From Candidatus Aminicenantes bacterium (lineage in GTDB: Bacteria; Acidobacteriota; Aminicenantia; JAMOAD01), in NCBI GenBank assembly GCA_027061995.1, contig JAMOUT010000075.1, forward strand, positions 92-64,091: a stretch of 64,000 nt of DNA. Reading direction: 5' to 3'. The translations under genes and the position numbers were made by a program. The notes below the pieces were generated by a model. It ran no database searches and was not told the origin of the DNA. It saw only the letters and a list, made by a program, of their open reading frames with translations. Shown here in pieces: positions 57,064-64,000 of the stretch (positions within the stretch are counted from its first letter, which is position 1; the number at the start of each line of letters is the position of its first letter).

Positions 57064-57921
57064 ATGTCTGTATTAATAATATCAATAATAACGCTGGGAG
57101 CACTTGCTTTACTTTTTGCAGTGATTCTTGCCATAGCCGATATTAAATTAAGAGTTGAAGTAGATCCTAAAATAGAGGAGATAGACGGGATTTTACCGCA
57201 GGCAAATTGCGGTGGATGCGGATACCCTGGTTGTAAAAATTATGCGACTGCTATCGTGAACAAGGGAGAGGATATAAACAAGTGTGCCCCCGGAGGTCAG
57301 GAAATAACCGATTTGATTGCTAAGATAATGGGACTTGAAGCAACGGCTACCGAAAAAGTGGTTGCAAGAGTTCATTGCAGAGGAACCGAGGAAGCCGCTA
57401 AAAGAAAAGGGGTATATGAAGGAGTTAAAACATGTCGAGCGGTTGCATTGGTAGGCTCGGGAGACAAACTTTGCGATTGGGGTTGTCTCGGATACGGAGA
57501 TTGCGAGGAGGAATGTCCTTTTGACGCTATCACAATGACTGACGAGGGTTTACCATATGTTGACGAAGAAAAATGCACGGGATGCGGAATATGTGTTGAT
57601 GTTTGCCCTAAAGATATACTCGAGCTTCATCCTATTGATGAAAATATTATGATTTTTTGCAGATCTCAGGATCCTCCGAAACAATCAAGGGCTGTATGCA
57701 AAAACGCTTGTATCGCATGTAATATATGTGTAAGGAAATGCCCGACAGGGGCTCTTGAAATGGGAAATAATTTGGTTGAAGTTGTTGAACCTGAAAAATT
57801 CACAGAAGAGTGTTACGGAGGAATAGATAAATGTCCTACGGGAGCGATTAATTTTGTTCATCCCGAAAAAATTAAAAGAGAAAATAAAACAGTTGAAATA
57901 ATAATAAAGAAAAAGGAATGA
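57064..57921 (+). CDS. rnfB: Rnf complex subunit B (polyferredoxin)
   Basis: An N-terminal TM is followed by a CxxC..C cluster and multiple 4Fe-4S ferredoxin motifs. Confidence 0.85.
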   Translation: MSVLIISIITLGALALLFAVILAIADIKLRVEVDPKIEEIDGILPQANCGGCGYPGCKNYATAIVNKGEDINKCAPGGQEITDLIAKIMGLEATATEKVVARVHCRGTEEAAKRKGVYEGVKTCRAVALVGSGDKLCDWGCLGYGDCEEECPFDAITMTDEGLPYVDEEKCTGCGICVDVCPKDILELHPIDENIMIFCRSQDPPKQSRAVCKNACIACNICVRKCPTGALEMGNNLVEVVEPEKFTEECYGGIDKCPTGAINFVHPEKIKRENKTVEIIIKKKE

Positions 57922-58334
57922 AAAAAGAGGAAGGAATAATCACACGAATAGAGGGTAAATTCGCTTATGTAAAACCTTCTGATCCGGCTCTGTGTAAAAA
58001 ATGCTCCCTTTCCGCATTATGCGCAATGAATTCATCTCAAGAGATTAAGATGATAAATATTGCAGGTGCAAAGGAAAAAGATAGTGTTATTTTTGATTTG
58101 GATTTTGATGAATTAAACACAAGATTTATTAAATTCTTAACCTTTGCCCTTTTTATGCTACTCGCAGGTCTTTTGATAGGATATGTGATAGGTCAAAAAA
58201 CAGGTATTCAAAAAGAGGTATTATCTGTAATGGGCGGAGGTTTATTCTTATTCTTCGTATATTTAATCTATAATAATAAAGAAAAAGATGAGAAAAAATT
58301 ACCAAAAATCGTAGAAATACAAAAGGAGGAATAA
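57918..58334 (+). CDS. RseC/MucC-family small membrane protein (SoxR-reducing/Rnf-associated)
   Basis: An N-terminal Cys motif (CKKCSLSALC) is followed by two C-terminal TM helices. It is translationally coupled to rnfB (ATGA overlap). Confidence 0.55.
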   Translation: MKKEEGIITRIEGKFAYVKPSDPALCKKCSLSALCAMNSSQEIKMINIAGAKEKDSVIFDLDFDELNTRFIKFLTFALFMLLAGLLIGYVIGQKTGIQKEVLSVMGGGLFLFFVYLIYNNKEKDEKKLPKIVEIQKEE

Positions 58335-58335
58335 A

Positions 58336-59088
58336 ATGGGAATTACAAGAAGAGATTTTTTAAAAGTATTGGGAGTTTCGACGCTACCTTTGTTAAACTT
58401 TAAAAATATTATAAATGACAACAAGGAGTTGGAATTCAAAATTATAACGGCAAAACCCGTTGAATCATTGGTTTTATTATTAAATCAATTAAAAAACTCG
58501 GGTGAAAAGAATATATCTTTATACGGAGTAAACGGAGAAGCCTTAAATATCCTGAAATATGTTCTCAACAGAACCAAAAGCGGTATATATAAGGGAGGAT
58601 CTAACTCTTTATGGAATTCCTCTTTGATGGCTGTTCTGGAAGTTAAAAGAGTTGCATATACAAAACCGGGATTTACAATGTTATCCGACAATAGAATTCT
58701 CGACCCGAGAACCGGAGCCTTTTCAAATATAGCAGGAAAAATATATTCCGAGGATAAAGCCGACTATGAAATCACATTAAAAATAAGCTCTATTGCCGAT
58801 AAGACTGTAAAAAAACCGGGGACAAAAGCTAAAATCTTGATAAACGGAAGAACGAAAGGTTTTATTAACCTAAGTAAGAATGAAAAACTCTCATTTTCAA
58901 CAAATCTCGGAAAAATTAAAATAGTATCCGAATCGGGTAAAGTCAGAGTTGAGGAAAGTTCTTGTAAACATAAAATTTGTATGCATAGAGGTGCTATATC
59001 AAATGGCGGAGAGAAATTAATTTGCGCACCCCAAAAAGTTATTGTGGAGGTTGTAGGAAAATCCATAGTTGACTCGATTGTAGGTTAA
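58336..59088 (+). CDS. Tat-signal exported hypothetical protein with C-terminal Cys cluster
   Basis: MGITRRDFLKVLGV is a twin-arginine motif. The C-terminal CKHKICMH...LICAP is a Cys cluster. The family is not recognised. Confidence 0.45.
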   Translation: MGITRRDFLKVLGVSTLPLLNFKNIINDNKELEFKIITAKPVESLVLLLNQLKNSGEKNISLYGVNGEALNILKYVLNRTKSGIYKGGSNSLWNSSLMAVLEVKRVAYTKPGFTMLSDNRILDPRTGAFSNIAGKIYSEDKADYEITLKISSIADKTVKKPGTKAKILINGRTKGFINLSKNEKLSFSTNLGKIKIVSESGKVRVEESSCKHKICMHRGAISNGGEKLICAPQKVIVEVVGKSIVDSIVG

Positions 59089-59097
59089 CAAAATTTA

Positions 59098-60384
59098 ATG
59101 AACAAATCTTTATCTCTTGTTTTCATAATATTGGTAAGTATTATTTCATTTTCTTCCGATTTTAATAAATATTTTGAAAATAACACATTATTTATAAATC
59201 TTACTCATTCGGGAAATGCAATAAGGGAAGAATATTCAATAAAAAATTTCAGACAAACGGATTTTTGGGCAGGTCCGTTAAACAATATCATTGATGATAT
59301 GGCTTTGGGCAAATATAAATTCGAGGTTTATGACAATGATTCAAATAAACTTATTTATTCCACATCTTATTCATCACTTTTTAGCGAATGGCAAACTATC
59401 GAAGAATCAAAAAGACTTTATAAAAGTTTTGAAGAAACAGTCAAAATCCCTTTTCCGAAAAAAACAGTTAGGATAAAAATACTCTCAAGAGATAAAAAAG
59501 GAAGATTTAAACAGGTTTTTTCCTTTGATTTTAATAAATCAAAGGATATTATTAGTAAGGAAATACCTTTAAACCATAGAATAATAAAATTCGGTAAAAT
59601 AAAAGATTGTAATAAAGCGGTTGATATTTTAATTATTGGAGAAGGATATTTAAAATCTGATAAAAATAAGTTTAAAAAAGATTTTTACAAGTTCTCAAAA
59701 GAGTTTTTTTCCATTAGCCCTTATAAAAATAACCGAGATAAAATCAATATCAGAGGGTTGTTTATCCCTTCGCAAGAGAGAGAACCGGATGATCCCGAAA
59801 GAGATATTTATCATAGGACAATGTTTGACACTACCTTTTATACTTTTAAATTACCCCGATATCTTAATTCGTTCTCAATTCATAAACTTTATTTTTTTGC
59901 TTCTGCTGTTCCTTATGATACTATAATGATTATGGTAAACACAAAAAAATATGGAGGAGCGGGAATTTATAATTTTTATTCTATATTTCCCTCAGACAAC
60001 AAGGCTTCAAAATATGTTTTTCTTCATGAATTCGGACATAATTTCGGAGGTCTGGGAGATGAATATTATTCATCAAAAGTAACTTATTCCGATTTTTATC
60101 CGAAAGGGGTTGAACCATGGGAGCCTAACATAACCGCTTTATTAAGTAAAAAAGTGAAATGGCAAAAATTTATTACAAAAAACATCCCCGTTCCCACACC
60201 TGATATAAAAAAATACAGAGATAAAGTCGGCGCTTTCGAAGGAGCGGGATATGTGGCGAGAGGATTATACAGACCTACGAATAATTGCATTATGTATAAT
60301 AAAGATGCGGGTAAATTTTGCCCTGTTTGTGAGCATGCGATTAAGCGAAGAATAAAATTTTATTCAGATGAAAAATATAAATAA
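59098..60384 (+). CDS. Secreted zinc metallopeptidase, M64 (IgA-peptidase)-like
   Basis: A signal peptide is present. HEFGHNFGGLGDEYY matches the M64 HExxH...DEY signature. Confidence 0.55.
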   Translation: MNKSLSLVFIILVSIISFSSDFNKYFENNTLFINLTHSGNAIREEYSIKNFRQTDFWAGPLNNIIDDMALGKYKFEVYDNDSNKLIYSTSYSSLFSEWQTIEESKRLYKSFEETVKIPFPKKTVRIKILSRDKKGRFKQVFSFDFNKSKDIISKEIPLNHRIIKFGKIKDCNKAVDILIIGEGYLKSDKNKFKKDFYKFSKEFFSISPYKNNRDKINIRGLFIPSQEREPDDPERDIYHRTMFDTTFYTFKLPRYLNSFSIHKLYFFASAVPYDTIMIMVNTKKYGGAGIYNFYSIFPSDNKASKYVFLHEFGHNFGGLGDEYYSSKVTYSDFYPKGVEPWEPNITALLSKKVKWQKFITKNIPVPTPDIKKYRDKVGAFEGAGYVARGLYRPTNNCIMYNKDAGKFCPVCEHAIKRRIKFYSDEKYK

Positions 60385-60393
60385 GGAAAAAAA

Positions 60394-60690
60394 ATGATAA
60401 TACAGTGTCCGAATTGCGGAGTTGATCAAGAGTTTGATAAGGATTACCCTTATTGTTCCAACTGCGGATTATATCTTAATCCTGATGAAAAGAAAAAGAG
60501 AAAAAACACTGCGGGAGAAAACATAAAAGGGGTGGGGATAATTATGTTTTTTCTTTTTATTTTACTATTCTTTTTCGTATCAAGATTTTACGGAGGAGCG
60601 GGAATGATAATCTCTTTTCTCGTTTTTCTTCTCGGTGTTGTCCGTAAAAACAATGAAAAAGATAAAAAAATGCCTGAAAGTGATGGTTAA
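60394..60690 (+). CDS. Zinc-ribbon membrane protein
   Basis: CPNCG...CSNCG is a zinc ribbon. One TM is present. Confidence 0.4.
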   Translation: MIIQCPNCGVDQEFDKDYPYCSNCGLYLNPDEKKKRKNTAGENIKGVGIIMFFLFILLFFFVSRFYGGAGMIISFLVFLLGVVRKNNEKDKKMPESDG

Positions 60691-61340
60691 AGATAATAAA
60701 TATTATCCGATATGAATTTGATGATATCCATATTATGAGATATGAAAATCAAAGTGAAGCCATAAGTTTTTTTTAGTCTGAGAATAAGTTCTATGATTTG
60801 AGCTTGTAATATAACATCAAGACCTCTTAATACTTCATCCATAACTATAAGCTCCGGCATCAGTATAAGAGCTCTTGCAATCGATATTCGTTGTCTTTGT
60901 CCTCCGCTCATCTCATACGGGTATCTTTTCAGAAAATCCTCCGTTAAACCGACAGCTTCAAGAGCTTCAACCACTTTACCCCTTTTATAAGGAAGTTTAT
61001 GAATTATGTAAGGCTCTTTCATGATAAATTCAACATTATATTTTGGATTAAAACTTGAAGAGGAGTTTTGTAAAACTATCTGAATCTTTTTTCTGAAAGC
61101 TTTCATATTATGCTTCATCCATTCGGAGACTTTCACCCCTTTAAACAGAATATCTCCCGTATCCAGTTTTTCAAGACCCAATAAAATTTTTGCAAGAGTG
61201 GATTTTCCTTTTCCCGAAGGACCGACAATTGAAAAAATTTCTCCTGTCTTAACCTTAAAATTTACATCTTTCAAGATTATCTTATCTTCGTATTTTTTTG
61301 AAAGATTAATTACCTCTATAATCGATTCTTTATTTCTCAC
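60687..61340 (-). CDS. ABC transporter ATP-binding protein
   Basis: Walker A (GPSGKGKST), the signature LSGGQRQRISIARAL and Walker B (LIVMDE) are present. Confidence 0.9.
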   Translation of the reverse strand: MRNKESIIEVINLSKKYEDKIILKDVNFKVKTGEIFSIVGPSGKGKSTLAKILLGLEKLDTGDILFKGVKVSEWMKHNMKAFRKKIQIVLQNSSSSFNPKYNVEFIMKEPYIIHKLPYKRGKVVEALEAVGLTEDFLKRYPYEMSGGQRQRISIARALILMPELIVMDEVLRGLDVILQAQIIELILRLKKTYGFTLIFISHNMDIIKFISDNIYYL

Positions 61341-62461
61341 TTAAGTAATTCTTCCCTTTTAAATTCCCTTTTCATGGAAAATTCACTCATATCAAAGGAA
61401 AAACTATTGTCCATAATATAATTAGCCAGTAATTTCCCTGTTGCAGGTCCTAACATAAAACCGTGTCCGCTCATTCCTCCCGCAATAAAGTATCCCTCTA
61501 TATCCGTTTTATCTATAATCGGATTACCGTCAGGAGTCATTGTGTATGAACCCGCCCATTGTCTTAACACCTGTGCTTTTTTAATATCGGGAACTAATCT
61601 GACAGCTCTTCTGCTCATCTCATACAAAAACTCAAAAGATTCATTAGTTGATTTCCCCGGATGACTCGGTTTCGGGGTATAGCATCCTATTATTTGTCCG
61701 TTTAATCTCTGATTGAAATAACAACCGTCTTTTCTATAATCAACAAGCATCGGATCAAAAAACTTTTTCAATCGAGTTGTTATAAATGCTTCATGCTTTT
61801 CAGGTGCAAAGGGGAGGGGATAATCTATTGTCATTGACAGGTCTCCGGCCCAGGGACCTGCGGCATTTATAACAATATCACTTTCTATTATTTTTCCGTC
61901 TTTAAGTTTAACCCCTTTAATTTTACCTCCCTTTTCCAATAATGTTTCAACTTCAGTGTCCATTCTAATTTCCCCTCTGTTTTTTATTATCCCTTTAAAG
62001 TATCCTTTTAAAACAAGAAAAGGGTAAGCCTGCCCGTCTTCATTTGAATAAGCTCCTCCTATAACTCCGTCGGTATTCATCTGCGGAACAAGTTTTTTAA
62101 TCTTTCGGGGATCCAGATAATCGACTTTTATTCCGAAATTTTTTTGAAGTTCTATATTCTTTTTAAAAATTTTCACCTCATCATCGGTAAAAGCAAGAAG
62201 GAGGTAACCTGTTTGAGCATATTCAACCGAAAAACCGAATTCTTTTTCCATCTCTTTAAAAAGCCTGACACTTTCCATTGCAAGTTTAATTGTTCCCGGA
62301 GTGGAAAATTGTTGTCTGATTCCCCCTATACATCTACCGGTGGAACCGCTGCCAATATGGCTTTTTTCAAGCAGCAGGATTTTTTTCTTTTTAGAAAGAT
62401 AGTATCCTGTTGATAAGCCTAATATTCCGCCTCCAACTATTATAGCATCATATTTTTCCAT
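61337..62461 (-). CDS. FAD-dependent oxidoreductase (DAO family, glycine/D-amino-acid/sarcosine oxidase-like)
   Basis: YDAIIVGGGILGLSTGYYL is a dinucleotide-binding motif. The size is 374 aa. Confidence 0.75.
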   Translation of the reverse strand: MEKYDAIIVGGGILGLSTGYYLSKKKKILLLEKSHIGSGSTGRCIGGIRQQFSTPGTIKLAMESVRLFKEMEKEFGFSVEYAQTGYLLLAFTDDEVKIFKKNIELQKNFGIKVDYLDPRKIKKLVPQMNTDGVIGGAYSNEDGQAYPFLVLKGYFKGIIKNRGEIRMDTEVETLLEKGGKIKGVKLKDGKIIESDIVINAAGPWAGDLSMTIDYPLPFAPEKHEAFITTRLKKFFDPMLVDYRKDGCYFNQRLNGQIIGCYTPKPSHPGKSTNESFEFLYEMSRRAVRLVPDIKKAQVLRQWAGSYTMTPDGNPIIDKTDIEGYFIAGGMSGHGFMLGPATGKLLANYIMDNSFSFDMSEFSMKREFKREELLK

Positions 62462-62621
62462 TAATCACCTCGTCAATATAATATGATTTTAATAAAAAAC
62501 AGAGATTAATTCAATAAAACAAGAAACAAATTAACTTTAATTGATACGATTCATTCTATGAATTAAAATATGCGAATAAGTAAATTTGGAGATATTATCT
62601 GATTTTTGATATAATTCCAGT

Positions 62622-63485
62622 ATGAAGGATAATATTAAATATGAGATAAAAAATTACTTTTTTATTGTTATAGGGTCACTCATTTTAGCACTCTCATATG
62701 CTCTGTTTATAATCCCTTTCCATATTGTTCCCGGAGGTGTTTCAGGGATCGCTATTATATTAAACTACTTTTTCAAAACTCCTGTTGGAATCGTAACAAT
62801 AATATTAAATCTTCCCATACTATATATTGGGGTAAAAAAACTCGGGAGAGATTATGGAGTTAAATCAGTGGTCGGGATTGCTCTGTCATATCTTACAATA
62901 GATTTGTTTTACGAACTTCTGGGTTTTAAAAATATACACGCAACTAACAACGAGATTCTTGCAGCAATTTACGGTGGTGTTTTGCTTGGGGTAGGCTTAG
63001 GTATCGTTTTCAAAGGGAGAGCTTCCACCGGAGGAACGGATGTTATAGGGATGATAATCAACAAATATACGGGAATAAGTATAGGTATGGCTATTTTATT
63101 TATTGATTCTATCATAATATCAGGATCCGGCTTTGCTTATAAAAGCCTTGAAGCCCCCCTTATAGGATATCTTACCCTTTTCGTATCAAGTAAAGCGATT
63201 GATTTTATACTCGAAGGGTGGAATTATGCTAAAATGGCTTTTATAATCACGGATAAGGATGAAGAGGTCAGAAAATTGATTTCTGACACTATTAACAGAA
63301 GCGGAACAATTTTTCACGGAGAAACTCTTTATAAAAGGGAGAATAAAAATATTATTATGACAGTTATCACAAGAAAACAGTTTCCCACTCTAAGGCAGGA
63401 GATAAGAAAAATTGATCCGGATGCATTTGTTATAATAACAGATGTTTACGAAGTTCTCGGAAAGGGTTTTAGAAAAAGGATATAA
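62622..63485 (+). CDS. YitT-family membrane protein (DUF161 plus C-terminal DUF2179)
   Basis: Five TM helices are followed by a soluble C-terminal domain. The length is typical. Confidence 0.7.
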   Translation: MKDNIKYEIKNYFFIVIGSLILALSYALFIIPFHIVPGGVSGIAIILNYFFKTPVGIVTIILNLPILYIGVKKLGRDYGVKSVVGIALSYLTIDLFYELLGFKNIHATNNEILAAIYGGVLLGVGLGIVFKGRASTGGTDVIGMIINKYTGISIGMAILFIDSIIISGSGFAYKSLEAPLIGYLTLFVSSKAIDFILEGWNYAKMAFIITDKDEEVRKLISDTINRSGTIFHGETLYKRENKNIIMTVITRKQFPTLRQEIRKIDPDAFVIITDVYEVLGKGFRKRI

Positions 63486-63944
63486 TTATTTTTTTCTCCA
63501 AATCGATTGTTTTCGTTTAACAAGCTCTTCTATGGGAACTCCCAATTTAACAAGGGTGTTTTTTATTGATATTTTAAGATCGGGAATAGATTGATTATAA
63601 AGTTCCATAAGCAATGGTTTTGCTTCCGTAATATTCAGCAGGGTAATCAAATCCAATAAAACCACTCTTGTTTCTCTCTTTTGAAAAGGATTTTTCATCT
63701 CATTAAGGAGATATTTTTTTATAAACTCCTTTTCCCTTTGTTTTAAAATAGAACTATCTTTTCTCAAAATTTCCCTGACTTTGAATATTATATTTTTATC
63801 TGTTTTTAATTTATTTATCGTAAGTATAAGTTCCTCTCTTAGTGTTTTCTTAAATTCAAGGTTTTTATATCTTTTTTCCATCTCTTTTTCAACATCCTTA
63901 ATCATCCTTATTATATCCGTCATATCTTTTGATAGATTTAACAA
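63486..63944 (-). CDS. Hypothetical charged/alpha-helical protein
   Basis: ORF only. No motif was recognised. Confidence 0.3.
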   Translation of the reverse strand: MLNLSKDMTDIIRMIKDVEKEMEKRYKNLEFKKTLREELILTINKLKTDKNIIFKVREILRKDSSILKQREKEFIKKYLLNEMKNPFQKRETRVVLLDLITLLNITEAKPLLMELYNQSIPDLKISIKNTLVKLGVPIEELVKRKQSIWRKK

Positions 63945-64000
63945 AAGCTTTTGTTTATCTTTTAATTCCCCTATTATAAGTTTTTTTTGTTGTTTGGAGG

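Overview
This is an AT-rich (~30% GC) bacterial chromosomal segment, probably from an anaerobic diderm: it carries a complete Rnf operon, Wzz/Wzx/Wzy-pathway genes, and secreted proteins with AxA-type signal peptides. The window has four parts.

1. Positions 1-6932 hold a VapBC-like toxin-antitoxin cassette flanked by ~50-bp direct repeats, pgpA, cinA, an unusual folK-Mut7-C fusion, and secreted/membrane hypothetical proteins.

2. Positions 7152-32430 are a ~25-kb minus-strand surface-glycan locus. It encodes rmlA, fcl, GalE-like and UDP-GlcA-epimerase-like enzymes, a WbaP-like initiating transferase, three GT4 and one GT2 glycosyltransferases, and Wzz/Wzy/Wzx-like proteins. It also encodes an AsnB amidotransferase, two methyltransferases, and two alkaline-phosphatase-superfamily transferases. 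A conspicuous sulfur set is present: APS kinase, a thioredoxin, a SQD1/Agl3-like UDP-sulfoquinovose synthase with a Cys-rich N-terminal extension, and a PAPS-type sulfotransferase.

3. Positions 32654-47930 are the most unusual part. They hold a tandem array of seven paralogous secreted modular proteins plus one decayed copy. All share near-identical signal peptides and one to three N-terminal ~90-aa Kre9/KNH-like domains (described here as PF10342-like). Their C-termini are highly variable and contain CARDB-like domains. Each copy has the same upstream architecture: a sigma54-like -24/-12 element (TGGCAY-N5-TTGM) ~40 bp from the start codon, and GACA-N4-TGTC palindromes 70-110 bp further upstream that resemble enhancer (UAS) sites. 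Each copy ends in a rho-independent terminator. Blocks of 230-380 bp are nucleotide-identical between copies, which points to cassette duplication and gene conversion. One hypothesis is that the adjacent glycan locus glycosylates this family, with the GT-C-like membrane protein as the oligosaccharyltransferase candidate.

4. Positions 48047-63944 hold typA/bipA, a secreted M1-like peptidase, rnfCDGEAB followed by an RseC-like gene and a Tat-signal protein, an M64-like secreted peptidase, an ABC ATPase, an FAD oxidoreductase and a YitT-family protein.

No rRNA, tRNA, CRISPR array, transposase or reverse transcriptase was recognised.
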